This document shows positions 22,905-36,637 of a stretch of 64,000 nt of DNA, piece after piece; position 1 is the first letter of the stretch, and each line of letters opens with the position of its first letter. This DNA comes from Amphiscolops sp. MND2022 (lineage: Eukaryota): positions 62,002,001 through 62,066,000 of the forward strand of contig OZ076409.1 of the NCBI GenBank assembly GCA_964187785.1, read 5' to 3'. The position numbers and the translations under genes were made by a program. The notes under the pieces are model-generated. The model saw only the letters and a list, made by a program, of their open reading frames with translations, was not told the DNA's origin and searched no databases.

Positions 22905-25900
22905 GTTAATTTCACAGTTGATCAGATCCGTGCCATCATGGACAAAAAATGGAACATCCGAAATATGTCCGTCATTGCACACGTGGATCATGGAAAATCA
23001 ACTTTAACGGATTCTCTCGTTTCCAAAGCTGGAATTATTGCCGGTGCAAAGGCTGGAGAGACCCGTTTCACTGACACCAGAAAGGACGAACAAGAGCGAT
23101 GTATTACCATCAAATCTACCGGGATTTCTCTTTACTATGAAGTCAAGGAAGAAGATATGAAGTTCATCAAAGATAAAACTGACGGAAATGGATTTCTGAT
23201 CAACTTGATTGATTCGCCTGGGCACGTCGATTTTTCGTCAGAAGTGACAGCTGCTCTCCGAGTAACTGACGGTGCCTTGGTTGTTGTCGACTGCGTGAGT
23301 GGTGAGTAGATACATAGCGACATTATTAATGAGCTCCATGCTCATTCACTACTTTTAGCAGTTTAAGAATAAACAACTTTCCATGATAGGCTTTCGTATC
23401 CTGACTCGATTGCCACAAATGTCTTGCCATCGGAATTTTCTGTTCAGCTTGGTTCACAAAAAAACTTTTCCCACAGTGTTTCTACTGACGGTTTGTTTAA
23501 CATTACTAGTCACGGAAACGGCTGTCAACACCGGTTGATTCGGATTTTCGTTTAATTCGATTGTATCAGACCCAGTTTCGCGACGACCAAAGTAATATCA
23601 GGTTAATTCATATTTCTCACGCGATCCCAAGCGATACGAAATACTGATGCGGCTGTAGTTTCTTGAAATTCTATTTGATCAATTTTCTTGAAACACTTGA
23701 TCATAAGCAACCACTGAGCGATTGCTTGGAAAGAGCGAAAAACGTCCAAAACATCACCGAGGTTGGTGCTTAGCTAGTCAAGTCACTGTTGGCAAATCTT
23801 CGTGTTGAATATCCAAGATGTAAATGCAAAAATTCAATCACATTCCTTTGGCTATTTCTCAAACTAAACTAGATTTTTGTTCATTCAAATAACAAAGCAT
23901 AGTCTCAGATTTGTATTTTTTGTGAAACTTATTTGATTCACAGTTTGCCAAATCTCAAATTTTAAATGTGAGACGTCTTTCATGAATTGGAAGATCCATG
24001 TATCAAACTTCGAGTAGAATATGAATTCATCCAAAATTATTCAAAACTATCATGGTACTTTTTCTTATAATTTTTTGCGGTTGTTGATGGTGCTGATTTT
24101 ATAGTATTATTGTCCTGAATAAGGTTAGATAGAATCAATGCAAACTGGAGATTATCATTCTTATACATCTTTGAAAAACAAAAAGTTGCCGTCTATCAAG
24201 CAAAATAAGTTCACAGCTGATAACAAAAGATGGTTTGAAAAAGTCATCTTTCGCTCTTACAAGAAAATTCAATAAAGATCACACTGAAAGTTCGGAGTAA
24301 ACAAGCCGGGATTGCCCTGGTCGGTGCCCCGGTCAAAGCTAAAAAAATTAAATTCATTTGAATGTGCTCGTTGACTATTTTGGGAAAATTCCTAACCTTA
24401 CGATGTCAAAACCCGTAGAAAGTTTATGAGGAAGTTTAGACTGAAACCATGGTGTCGAAAATCCTGAAATGTGAACCTTTAGGGTCGCTAAAACTCATTG
24501 TGCTTTAGTTCTAATTTATTTTCGGGTACAATTAAGACTTGCCAGATGCTTCGAGTCAGCAGAAAAATAATATTCGTACTATTACGCATTTTGTTTGGTC
24601 TGCTCAATTTACGCACTTCATTTCCACTACCGGGGTTCTCGAATTAAGCTTTGAATTCGTTTAGTATAAAATCTGTTTTGTGTTGTATAGGTGTTTGTGT
24701 GCAGACAGAGACAGTGTTGAGGCAGGCTATTGCTGAGAGAATTAAGCCTGTTCTCTTCATGAACAAAATGGACCGCGCTCTCCTCGAACTGCAGTTGGCT
24801 CAAGAAGATCTTTATCAGACTTTCCAGAAGTGTATCGAAAACGTGAACGTGATTGTGAACACATACGCTACTGATGAAGAAAACAAAGATTTGGGTAAGA
24901 TGGACGTTGATCCTCGAGAGGGCACAGTGGGGTTTGGCTCAGGATTGCATGGATGGGCATTCACATTGAAACAATTCGGCGACATGTTGGCCAAAAAGAT
25001 GGGCGTTGATAACAAGAAGCTCATGTCCAAGTTGTGGGACGATTGGTGCTTCGTCAAGACGGAAAAGAAGTGGAAAAAGCAGCAGCCGACAGACGACTGC
25101 CCCAGAGGTTTCTGTCAATACGTTCTGGACCCTATCTACAAGGTTTTTAGATCAGCACGTTTTAGTTTTATGTAGGGCACATTATTGTAATTAGTCACTG
25201 AACTCAATTTTTAATCGGTGCTTTTCGGAGAAAAGAACCGACTATATAAGTGGTATTTCAAAAACCTGCGAACTGACAGATTTTATTGAGAAGTTTTTTC
25301 GACCCAAGTGCCTCGTTTTGATCTTTAGCAGACCTCAGATCAAGGTGACCTCGTTGATTATTGTTTTCAGTTTGTTCATTCATGATTTTGGTTTTCGGCG
25401 CTTGATCAAGATGTGAAATAGTTGACTCTTCTTGATTGAATTACCGCGTTAAAGTTGATTTACTGAATCTTGTACTGGAATGTAACTGAAATCTGCAATC
25501 AATCGAAAGTGATCTACAAATTATCTTTTGCAGAAAAAGAGAATGAGTTCGGAACTGTTAAAAAAGGGCTCCTAACCTCAAAGGTTATGGCCCCAGGCGT
25601 CGCTTCCGCGAAAAGAGAAAGTGTCCTCGGCCTCAAAAGCAAAAAGGACAACAACGAAATTTAAAGAAGAAAATAAACGATTGAAGTTCGAACGAAATTG
25701 TCGAAAAAAGCATTGTAATTGAAAAACTTGATTGTTTTACTCGAAGAACTCTAAAAAATTGTTATTGAAAAGCAATAAGAAGGAACATTTCGTTGAACTG
25801 TGGACAAACTTGACGACTGGTCTTTTCATTTGAACAAACACTTTTCCGGAAAACTATGAATTTTAGGTGCTTCCGGTAAAATGGATATTCAAATTCGCAG

Positions 25901-28900
25901 TTTAAAAAAATTGACCGTAGGTTTTAATTGTTTGGGTGCGTCAATTTCCTTTATTGGTTTCGACAGTTTCCCACAAAATCTAACCTTGATTTCTATATAA
26001 AAAATCCAAAAGACATTGTTGAACAATAATTTCATTCCAATATTTTAAAAAAAACACCACTGAGAGCGAAGCAAACCTGTTTTTGATGATGGCGAATGCT
26101 GTGACAAAACTGGAAAGCTTGAAGTTTTGAGGTAAAGACGAAGCTTTTGTCCTGTTCGGTGAACATTTCGAAACCCGTATGTACCTGTTGAAGCTGTGTG
26201 GTGTGTTATTAAGAACTAAAACAGAGGAAGACTTTTAACGGGAAGACAAGTCTAACGCTTCACGAGAGCACCGCGAGGAAGCCCGTGTTAAGGCTCCAAA
26301 AGTTTTCGAGGATAAAAAGTATCATGTGTGGTGTGAGTTGGTGCAGTGTTTGGATGCAAAATCTGTGTTGTTTCTCCGTAGTCAAAAAGGAGATGGTCCA
26401 GCCGCGGGGGGTAAATTGTGTGAAAGGTTTAGGAGTTACGAGCGGCCTCGTTCGCAACATTTGATAGAAAAATTAACATCACAGAAAAGAAAACGCGGAA
26501 ACTGTTATTGAATACATTACTCGAGCAGAAGACATTCAGTACAACTTGAGACGAATTGGGGAAGCAGTGTGGGGACAAATGTTCATCTCCATACTCCTGA
26601 ACGGTTTGCCAAAAGAGCACAAAACATTCGTAACCATGGGTAAGTTTAACAAAGACAGAATGGATTTGGAGGAAATCAAAAGAGACCTCGTGAACTTTGA
26701 GTTCGACCTTGAAAACACAATCAAGGAAGAAAGTACATTTTTTGCAACAGCAACAGTGAAGTGCTGTGTTTGTGGTAACATTGGTCATAAGCAAGCAGAC
26801 TGTAGGTTCAAAAAAGAAAACAGATCAGATCAACAGAAAACATTCAAGTGTTACAGGTGCGGAAAAACGGGACATTTTGTAAACGAATGTAAAGACGGTG
26901 AAAATGCTAGTTTGAAGTATTGTAATAACTGCAAGACAAAAGGGCGTGACATAACAGAACGCTTCAAAAAAATTCTTTTGGTTTTCGGCACTTGATCAAG
27001 ATGTGAAATAGTTGACTCTTGATTGAATTACCGTTTTAAAGTTGATTTACTGAATTTTGTACTGGTATGTAACTGAATTCTGCAGTCAATCGAAAGTGAT
27101 CTACAAATTACCTTTTGCAGAAAAAAATGAGTTCGGAACAGTTAAAAAAGGGCTTCTAATCTCAAAATTGTTTTGGTCCTGTTGAACTGATGAGAATTTT
27201 CTCAATAATTGCGGAAAGGACCTACGGTATTTTTCGGCGCGATGCGTCCCCGAAAGAGTTTTTTGTTTGTTCAAAGTGTACCCTCTTCTCTTTTCGGCTG
27301 GAATGTGTGTTCGGCTTGAAAAAAGAAGCGTTTTGCGATTTTGGGCACTATGTGAGTTTTGAATACTAAAAAATTGGTTTTATGGTGTTTCCAGTTGGGG
27401 GAAAAGTGGTTTGTAGTCTTCTTCGTACCCCTTCTGGATTTTTCGGCACCCGTAAAAGTGATTAAGTGTTAACAGTTTCTTCTGCATATTTATAAGAAAC
27501 TTGATTTTTTTCGTTCCCTTGGGCGTTCCCCCAACTTGGGCTGTTCCCGGGTTGTTCAGAGTAGTACTGACCTGACTCTACGCTCTTTGAGCACTAATAT
27601 TCGATCTTCAAGAACTTGCCTCGAAATTATTCTGCACGATAGTAACTCTGGTGCATGTTGGGCTCGAAAATGGCTCAGTCTTCTCGGTTTAGGTATTCGA
27701 CGCTGCTATGAATGACAAAAAGGATGTTCTGACGAAGATGTTGCCAGTTCTGAATGTGGAGTTATTGGATGCAGAGAAGGACCAGATGGGAAAGACTCTG
27801 TTGAAGACGATAATGCGAAAGTGGTTGCCAGCCGGAGACACTCTGCTACAGATGATCACCTTCCACTTACCGTCTCCCGCTCAGGCTCAGAAGTACAGAA
27901 TGGAAATGTTGTACGAAGGACCCCACGACGACCCTTGTGCCACGGCTATTAAGAACTGTGACCCAGAGGGCGAACTGATGATGTACATCTCCAAAATGGT
28001 GCCGACCAACGACAGAGGTCGATTCTACGCTTTCGGTCGAGTCTTCTCAGGAAAAGTGTCTACCGGACTCAAGGCCAGAATAATGGGACCCAACTTCGTG
28101 CCCGGTGGCAAGACAGATCTCTACTGCAAATCCATCCAAAGGTAACCCATACTCAGTTCAATCCATCCTTTCAACTATATTTCGACACCAAATTGAAAAT
28201 CGTGGAGGTGGGATAAAAAGATTTTAGAAACTCGTCAAAATAAATGATTGTTTTAGTTGCATTTCAATCTTGTTCTGGGTCCAGTTCTCAATTGCAACCC
28301 TATTTTGGCTAATCTATAAATTTTTTCTCACTGAACTACAATTTTCACTGGGTTGAATTACTGTGAATTTGAACTACAATAACTTATTTGACTGAATAAA
28401 TTAATTATAGGACAATACTAATGATGGGTCGTTATGTGGAACCCATCGATGATGTTCCTTGTGGAAACATCTGTGGTTTGGTTGGAGTTGATCAGTACTT
28501 GGTGAAATCTGGTACGATCTCCACGTACGAGAAGGCTCATAACTTGAAAGTGATGAAGTTCAGTGTCAGTCCCGTCGTCCGAGTTGCCGTTGAATGTAAA
28601 AACCCGCAGGATCTACCCAAGCTTGTCGAAGGTACCACTTTGCTTTTTTGGCTACTTCAGCCTTATTATTGCGAATGTGTCCATTGTAAGGTCTCATTTT
28701 GGAACTCACTTGCATTCGCCTATTTCGAGTTGCCTCACTTTGACCCTTCTTTTTTCAAGAAAATCACTGCAAATTTTATGATAAATTTTTCAATACGTCC
28801 TGATAAAAAGTAGAATTTACCTGATGCTTCCGTGTTGTCAGGCTTGAAGCGATTGGCCAAATCAGATCCTATGGTGCTGTGTGAGTTCCCCGAGGGTGGA

Positions 28901-30063
28901 GACCACGTGGTGGCAGGTGCCGGTGAATTGCACTTGGAGATCTGTTTGAAAGATTTGGAGGAAGACCACGCTTGTATTCCCATCATCAAGAAAGACCCCG
29001 TCGTGTCCTTCAGAGAAACTGTCATCTCATCGGGAAAAGACCCTGCTCTCAGCAAGTCTCCCAACAAGCACAACCGATTGTTCGTTACCGCAGATCCTTT
29101 CCTGGAAGGACTCGCTGAAAAAATTGACCTTGGTGACGTTAAGGCCAGTGACGAAGCCAAGGCCAGAGCTCGATTTATATACGAGACTTTCGTGAAAGGA
29201 GACGATAATGAAGCTGAATTGGTAGAAGCACAATGGGGACCCGATGATCTGCGCAAGATCTGGGCTTTTGGACCTGACACATCCGGACCCAACTTCCTGA
29301 TCGATGGTACCAAAGGTGTACAATACTTGAACGAAATCAAAGACAGTTTCGTGTCCGGCTTTCAATGGGCCACCAAAGAGGTGAGAATTGTTTGCTTACA
29401 TAGTGTTTTAAATGTATGCTGAACAAAATTACAACGTTATGGACTTTAAACAGGGTGTTGTTGCGAATGAAAACTGTCGAGGAATTCGATGGAGAATCAA
29501 TGACGTCACATTGCACACTGATGCTATCCACAGAGGTGGTGGACAGATCATTCCCACTGCTCGAAGGGTGTTGTACGCTTCACACTTGCAAGCAGATCCC
29601 AGAATGGTGGAGCCCATCTACCTTTGCGAAATCCAGTGTCCCAATCAGGTGTACAACGATGTCAACGGAGTATTGAATAGAAGACGGGGAGCCATATTCG
29701 ACCACGGCAATTTGGCCGCTTCTCAACTCAACTTGAAGTCTTATCTACCCGTTCTGGAGTCATTTGGTTAGCTCGAATAAATGCTCACATTTAAATATTG
29801 TGAAGTGCGAGCCCTCATACGATTTTTTGTTTTGCTTTTCTCGGCGTACTTAATTTGCGAGTTTTGCAGGTTTCACGGCTGAGCTCAGATCAAAGACTGG
29901 TGGTCAGGCTTTCCCTCAATGTGTATTCGATCACTGGGACATTCTCAATGATGATCCTATGGAAATGAACTCGAAGACGAATGTGATCATCCTCGGCATC
30001 CGAAAGAGAAAGGGAATCAAGGAAGAAATCCCCAAACTGGACGACTACCTTGACAAGCTGTAA
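22905..30063 (+). CDS. eEF2: Eukaryotic translation elongation factor 2. Coding exons 22905-23301, 24691-25142, 27693-28141, 28411-28631, 28842-29380, 29454-29766, 29870-30063; initiator ATG not located
   Basis: Motifs [48 protein letters not shown], the diphthamide motif [11 protein letters not shown], and C-terminal YLDKL*. All six introns are GT-AG with matching phases. Joined exons total 2565 nt (854 codons plus stop). Confidence 0.96.
25386..27166 (+). mobile_element. Internally deleted copia element (LTR-PBS-gag-LTR) in an eEF2 intron
   Basis: ~190 bp direct repeats at 25386-25582 and 26976-27166; PBS GGTTATGGCCCCAG at 25583; gag remnant with zinc knuckles [14 protein letters not shown] and [14 protein letters not shown]; no pol. 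Confidence 0.85.
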
Positions 30064-30615
30064 ATTCCCTCGACGCCTTTGAAAAAAATTGGTGATGGTG
30101 GAGCGCATGCTTTGCTTTCTTGCTCACATGGGTGGCATATCTGGCAGACATGATTCACTGCTCTCGCTGATACATTACATAACACTGTGCTGACGTTTTT
30201 ATATTGTCGGTTGTACAAAGTGAATGTAATTTGAGTAAGATCACATGAGTAAGATTGATAATTTAAAGAATTGCATGCCCATCTTTTTGGCTGGAGTTGT
30301 AAAAAAGCTTTATTTCAGACATTTACCACTTTTTCGAACCCCGAAGTCGTTGAAAGCTGGCGTGGGGGACAGTCCCTTTACATGTTTTTTGATCTGTATA
30401 TGAATCCACGGGCTGAATCCGCCTATGAGCTCAGATTTAACTCCAACTTTTATCTCTACAAGTCTGGTCAAGCGGGAGGCTATGATCACAATGGTCCTTT
30501 TTACGTTTTTAGACACCTTTTCCTTTTCTACTAAATCTCGCCACTGAAATCAAGTTTTTGGGTGTGCTTTTCACCGCTCAACGTTTTCTAGATACAGGAA
30601 GTTTAAAGTGACAGG

Positions 30616-31080
30616 CAGGGTTGTCATGTTTTAAAACATGTTTTAAAACACGAGCATAAAAAACTGTTTTAAAACATGAGTATAAAACATGTTTTAAAAC
30701 ATTCAGACCCCTATTAGTATTGGTTGACTCGTATTCCAGCTAAAGATATCGAAGTTAATTGCACGCGATCAGCCGTTCGTGGAAAACTTGTTCAAGGAAG
30801 CATACAAAGAGCTTAAACCCGACACTTGGTGGAAATCCGGTGTCAAGATGGGATTCAATCCTGCCTTTGCGGAAGCAGCTGGAGCACTGGTTGCATCTGT
30901 GGCCTCCTCAGCTGGCTTGGAGAGATTGAATTCGAAGAATATTTTGCTGTAATTCTGTTTTCAATGAGCCATTGACCAAGTGGAGGAAAAAAACATAAAA
31001 AACCAAAAAAACGTGTTTTTTTCGATAAAATACATGTTTGTTTGTTTTTTACGTAAAAAACGTTTTTTATGACAACCCTG
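30616..31080 (+). mobile_element. Non-autonomous hAT element
   Basis: 12-bp TIR CAGGGTTGTCAT/ATGACAACCCTG; 8-bp TSD GTGACAGG (30608-30615, 31081-31088); internal remnant of the hAT dimerisation domain (WWKSG...ASSAGLER, ~30825-30925); subterminal ttttaaaaca repeats. Confidence 0.93.
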
Positions 31081-31689
31081 GTGACAGGTTTTTGAAGAGC
31101 ACGAAGTACCCACGGTTGTGCTCCCTGGAGCTACTTCTAAATGGGTTTTCAACAAGAATCTTACTAAGAGTACCAACATTTCTCTTGGCTCGGATTCAAA
31201 AGCGCGCGTCCCATGGACGCCAAACCGTGATGCCACTTCATAGTTTCCACTTCATTTTTTTACTATATACATTTAAAAAAGTAAATCATGTACCATCACA
31301 AAATTGCCCGAGGGGACCCTGTATTTTTTGCGTTGCCCTTAGTGTCTCTTCTTAGACAACTCAGTTGTCTTCAGCAGTGTGGTATTAACAGCTTGTGATC
31401 GAAATTTTTGCTCTTTTCAATAGAAACGCTAAAAGTTTCACAATTTCTTACTTGCTCTGCTTCATCTATAAGTGGGCAGTTTTTCAAACACAGTGCTCAA
31501 TTACACTTCAACTTCTATTGAATTTGACAGTTTGTTTCGCTATATCATATTCCAAGAAAACTAGTTTTCAAAAACATTCCAATTTTCTCACGGACCGAGG
31601 ATCTCAGATGAAGACATTCGCAATCAAGACAATTGGGTTCAAATGTACAAACATAATCGGAGAATGTTTTTCTTGCTTTCTTTCGTGTA

Positions 31690-34118
31690 AGAACTTCCCC
31701 TTTATTTTCAAACCTAATCAAGAGGGAAATAGTATTCATTCCATATTAAATACCAATCAGTACTAGTAATCTAGTCAATTAGATAAAACTAACACTCCAT
31801 TGCTTTTATTCAAATTAGCTGACACTCAGTTTATTCACACTTTTATTCATTATTCAATTGAGAAGTTATTCTGCTGCCGCCGCATGGGCCGATGGTCTTT
31901 GATGAAAATTGTTGACAGAAGATTAACAATAGTCAACACTCTAGCAGGCACTTGAAAACCTTGAAGATGTTAATAAACAGCTTCAGAAAGTCATTGAAAA
32001 CTAGTTTCTAAGTCACTATCAATTACAATGAAGGTCACCCCGAAACCAATAAGGAAATGTTAGAGATACTTTTAAGGGCTAGCAGGAAGATTTTCCCGCT
32101 GTCTCACACGATAAATCGAATCAAGACCTACCGTCTGATGAGCGAGAGTCAAATTTTTTTTGCAAAGTCAAAATTGAGACCAGTTGCTTCTAACTACTAA
32201 CAAAATTGCCAAGAAAATGTTATTGGAAAAATTCCGTGAGGAAATGAGTCTACTGTTCAGTCTAGATGACCTTTCACGCCCGTTTGTAAGTCCTGGTTAC
32301 TTTTCATCGGAAAAAGATATGGATGTGGATGTAGGATCATCTGCAGGTTCAGACTGTAGCTCTCATAATATCCAAGTTCTGGCTTGCTATAGAAACCTGC
32401 CCGTCAACACTCAACCAACAGTAGCGGAGTACCCAATGACAACCGATTTACCAGACCTGCTGGAGCAAGAAATAGCTAATTTTGACTGGGGAGAACCAAA
32501 ATGGGATCAAGAGTATCATCAGCCACATGAAGATATGTTTCGAGTGGGAGCCGGACTGAGCACTTACAATTATACAACGGAGTGTCCAATTGATAAGTGT
32601 GCTGACTTAACGCCGCTACTAGATTCCATTTCCTCTATCGTCAATTCCCACATTCAAGGAATTAGTGTGCGAGTTTCTGGGCGTTGCGGGGAACCACACG
32701 CCGTTGAATATGGACAGTGTAGTGTGTGGAAGAACGTACGAACAGATCAAAGAAACTGCCGTTTTAACTTTTTTGGAGTCAACCTCGCGACGAGATGAGA
32801 ATTATCATGAGAGAAAGAGGAGGAGAAAAGCGTTCCCAGCAAGAATGGACCAGGGGACATTGCTCTTCGTCCCTAGGGGAGTGTCACAAGCTGCTGCTTG
32901 TGACGGCAATATGTACCAGATTGATGCCGAAGGGGATTACTCTAATCCTCCTCCTGGAATTCTAGCTATTTAGAATCAAGAAGACCTAACGTCCGCCCGG
33001 CCACAACAGAAAATATAAATCAGAACTTAATTTTGATCATAAAAGTAAGACTTTTTTCATTTAGTTAGTTATTGCGATTATCCTGCTTACACTATTGTTG
33101 TATTGTTGTTGAACTGTAAAATTGATATATTTTGATGAAATGTAAGTTATTTGACTTCCCTTTTGACAATTGTGCATCTCTATTCAAGTGCATGAAATGT
33201 TATATAGTTATTTCGTTGCGAACATGGTTAGTATAGTACTTGCTTTCCTGACGTGACCGATTTACCTGATGTAAAGAGTCATGTCGGTACCTATTTGATG
33301 TTTAAATGAGTTAGTTACGTAATCTAGGTTGGTGCAATTAATAGTAACATGACCAGCAATTTCACGAGTCATATAGTACAGACTATATGTAGCAGACCGC
33401 CGATAAGAGCGAGATGAAAATTTCATTTCAATCTCAGCTATCATCAAACAGTTCCAATTGTCCTCAATTTGCAGTATATTTTGTCAGAACACTTTTCCAG
33501 TTTGGTTATTCAGGCTTCTGTGATTCAAACATCAGATAATTGAAAACTTTGAAACAAACATTTTCCCAATGCATTCAACTCGCAAGCAAAAGGCTGAAGA
33601 GAAGCGCTCAAGGCAGCCGGACGTGATGTCAGACGTAGAAAATCTAGATATCATGTTAGGCAGCTACTCTAGAAATGACGTGGATACCCAATTGAGTGAA
33701 AATGAGGAAAATGCAGACCTGAGGTCCAATGAGCGACATCCAAATTCCAATCTAGGTGAGGAGGATTCTAGGACTTACTTTATTGAATACCAACAGTACA
33801 GAAAGCAGTGAAAAATAGTTGAAACAGTTGAAATGATAGAGCGAAATTACCCGTCAAGTCTAACAAAATGAACGAAATCAAGTTAGATCTGAATTTGCAA
33901 ATAAGGGAGGCTATAGAGCAAGTCATGTCTGAACTTGAAATGGGTGAGAGACCTAATGTGGACACACCGTCCTGTGAGCGACATAGGAGCCAAAGTAGGA
34001 ATGATCCAAATAGAATTTGGGGAAACGCATCTAAATCGAATAAAGACTCTAACATGCAGAGTTAGCTAAAATAAAGAGAATTTGCTTAGCCCTCAGTGTA
34101 GCGATGATGATCATGACA
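31690..34118 (+). mobile_element. Solo (or orphan 3') long LTR of a Gypsy family related to the 37048-52739 element
   Basis: Carries homologues of both LTR-borne ORFs in the same order (32184-32973, and MHSTRKQK... at 33569). Ends ...CATGACA at 34118 with no PBS following. The 5' boundary is a guess. Confidence 0.65.
32184..32973 (+). pseudogene. LTR-encoded accessory ORF (CxxC-containing), frameshifted
   Basis: VCGRTYEQIKETAV...RRRKAF...GTLLFVPRGVSQAAACDGNMY aligns with the ORF at 38945-38595. Confidence 0.7.
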
Positions 34119-34799
34119 AGAATTGTTTCTTCCTACTGTTCAACAAGTTTTGCAACTTTCTGCAAAATTTACGTTTTCGGTGACAATATCAAACTAGACC
34201 CACCTTTAGCGGCAACGAGAGCAACCAGTGGTATTGGAAACCTGAAAGAATCATATCGATTATCCATTCAAGCAGTCAATGCACCCTAATATCTTGAGCT
34301 TCTCAAAACCTACAACTGAACAGGCAGAGTAGCTCTAGTGACTAAATCCACCGCAACAGCCTCTTAAGACCATTATCGATGCTCATACTACCGTTGTCTG
34401 GACTACTATTTTGACAAAACCTACCAAATCACACTCCCAGGTTGAATTATCGAAGACTTTTGAAATTTGATACCACTAGTCATTACTGGTAATTGCCGAA
34501 AAGTTGGGATCCATTGAGAACAAGAGCTAAGCACCGGGATATTTTTCGCCTTCTTCGCCTTCACTAACTTAGCCATAGCTATTTTGGGAAGAAATAGGGG
34601 AATAGGATTTAAGCATAAGATCTAAAATTCAGTGATTTTGTATCTTATTTCCTTTACATAATATTCTCGTCCTGAAATTTTAGATCTTATTCCCTTTAGA
34701 TCTTATTCCCATTTTGATTTTAGATATTATTCCCCCCTTAAGTGGTTTTAGTTACTTGACTTTTCCAGTTACTAAACGAAGTGAGAGACTGTAGAGAAG

Positions 34800-35400
34800 A
34801 GTGAAGAGTCGAGTTATGGCAGAATCTGGAAAAAACGCAACACAGATCATGATTTTCTTCATGTGGGCGGAAAATAACAATTGGGATCTAGAAATTGAGA
34901 CCAGTGAGATAAATGTTTTTTTTAACGCTCTGCAACTACTTCAAATAAATCTCCAAATTCACTAAATTCGCTTGAAACGACCGCAACACAATCTTATTTC
35001 AGACGAACACCGGATGTACATGGAAAAATTATCGAACAGATACGGTCTAGTTTTCATTCAAAACGGAATCGTCGTATTCGGGAACCTGAGGGTCACGGTA
35101 ATAGCTCCTTTACATAAAGGAAATGCACTAAATAACAGAATGTTTCTGACCTCGACGCAATTCTGGTGACCGAAAATACATAGTGCAATTGAAAGTGTCA
35201 CACCCGTTTTCCCTACATGTTCTCCAGTAACAATATCAATCCTAATTAACCTAGTACAGAACAAATAATTTTACAACCCTTGATGCACACAATGAAGAAT
35301 TCCAATTGAATTAATTTGGATCAATCAGTAAACATAATTGTGCACTCTTTCTTGTCGGCGCATTATAGCAGTAAATGCGCCTTATTTTTACATTAACAAA
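34800..35400 (+). pseudogene. Gypsy pol/integrase zinc-binding region remnant
   Basis: RYGLVF..GIVV..NLRVTVIAPLHKG...FW resembles the region preceding the HHCC domain. Heavily decayed. Confidence 0.45.
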
Positions 35401-36637
35401 ATTTTTGTCAGATGGCAATCTCAAACTGAATGGTCCACTTTTAAAATCTCTGCCACACTCCTGCGGTCGCCGTGGCCCAGCACACTATTTCCGAATTTTT
35501 GACGACGTTATATCCAAAATATATTGCGTTTTACCAAGGACGAGGCGGAGGTGAGAAAAGGGCCCAATATGTCCCAGCAACGCTATTTTCGAACTTTTAA
35601 CGTTAAATACGAAGTAAATTGCGTTCTACTAAGAAGGAAGTGGAGGTTCAAAAACGAAAAACGCATTGATCATTTTCTTAAAACTTTGCACTTCTTGAGT
35701 TTTAGGCGGCGCGCCGACTTGAGACGGTCCCGTTTTCTTTTTTTTACCAATCATTGATCGAATGTTTCGAACCCGGTTCCGGAAAATTCAAATCGCAAAA
35801 AATTGCTTATAATCACTCGACGAAAAATTCTTAAGTGCATAAAACCTACGAGTTCCAAGCAAAAGGACAACAGTATGTTTCGTTTTGGAATCTGTTGTAA
35901 CTCTTGCCTTTTCGTTTATCTTTGCGCTTCTTGACTTAGATGTAATTGATTACATCTAAGTTACTTTTGTACAGCTTTATCAGGTATTTAACTGTCGGGA
36001 GTGCAATTAGATTTTTTAAATTGATGAAGAACAATTTTAAGCTTTAACTATTTTTTTTTTCAAATTATTTCAACGAATGTTAGCAACGTTATATCATTGT
36101 TTAGTTGATGAGTCTTTTGCTTCTGGATGTTTTTTCTCGTCTCTGCCTGATTATCTCAGATCGAAGTTTTGTTAACCTCTGAACTGGTCCAATTTTTGGT
36201 TTATCTTTGGTACGGTTACCAAAGGTGTCACCTGTAATAGATCAAAATGTTATTGGGTTCCCTTATTGTAATATTGGGCTGTTTCGATTTTATCTCGGAA
36301 ACATTGTCGTTATTCTTGGTTCTAAGGTTTCAACGTGTATTTTGAGTTTTCAATTTGTTTAGTTTTTATTGTTTCGTCATTTCAATTACCAATTATGATT
36401 GTTACTATTGGTAGTCGGCGCTTTTATTAATTAAAGAGCCCGCCTATTACAGTCACTCGTTTTCTTCTTCTTTTTTAAAGACAGACTCGAAAAGAATTTC
36501 AAAATCTCAGTTTAGAAATCTGAATGTCTTTGAATTGAAAACAATTGAAATGTCTTTGTGACATAAATTCCTTGGATTAGGTTAACATCATTGTGACGAC
36601 TTTTCTCGTTAGTCGGCGTTTTTCTCAAGAAAAAAGT

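Noticed and set aside
28735..29365. Long antisense ORFs over eEF2, copia and Gypsy pol
   Set aside because: Shadow frames of real coding sequence with no independent motifs.
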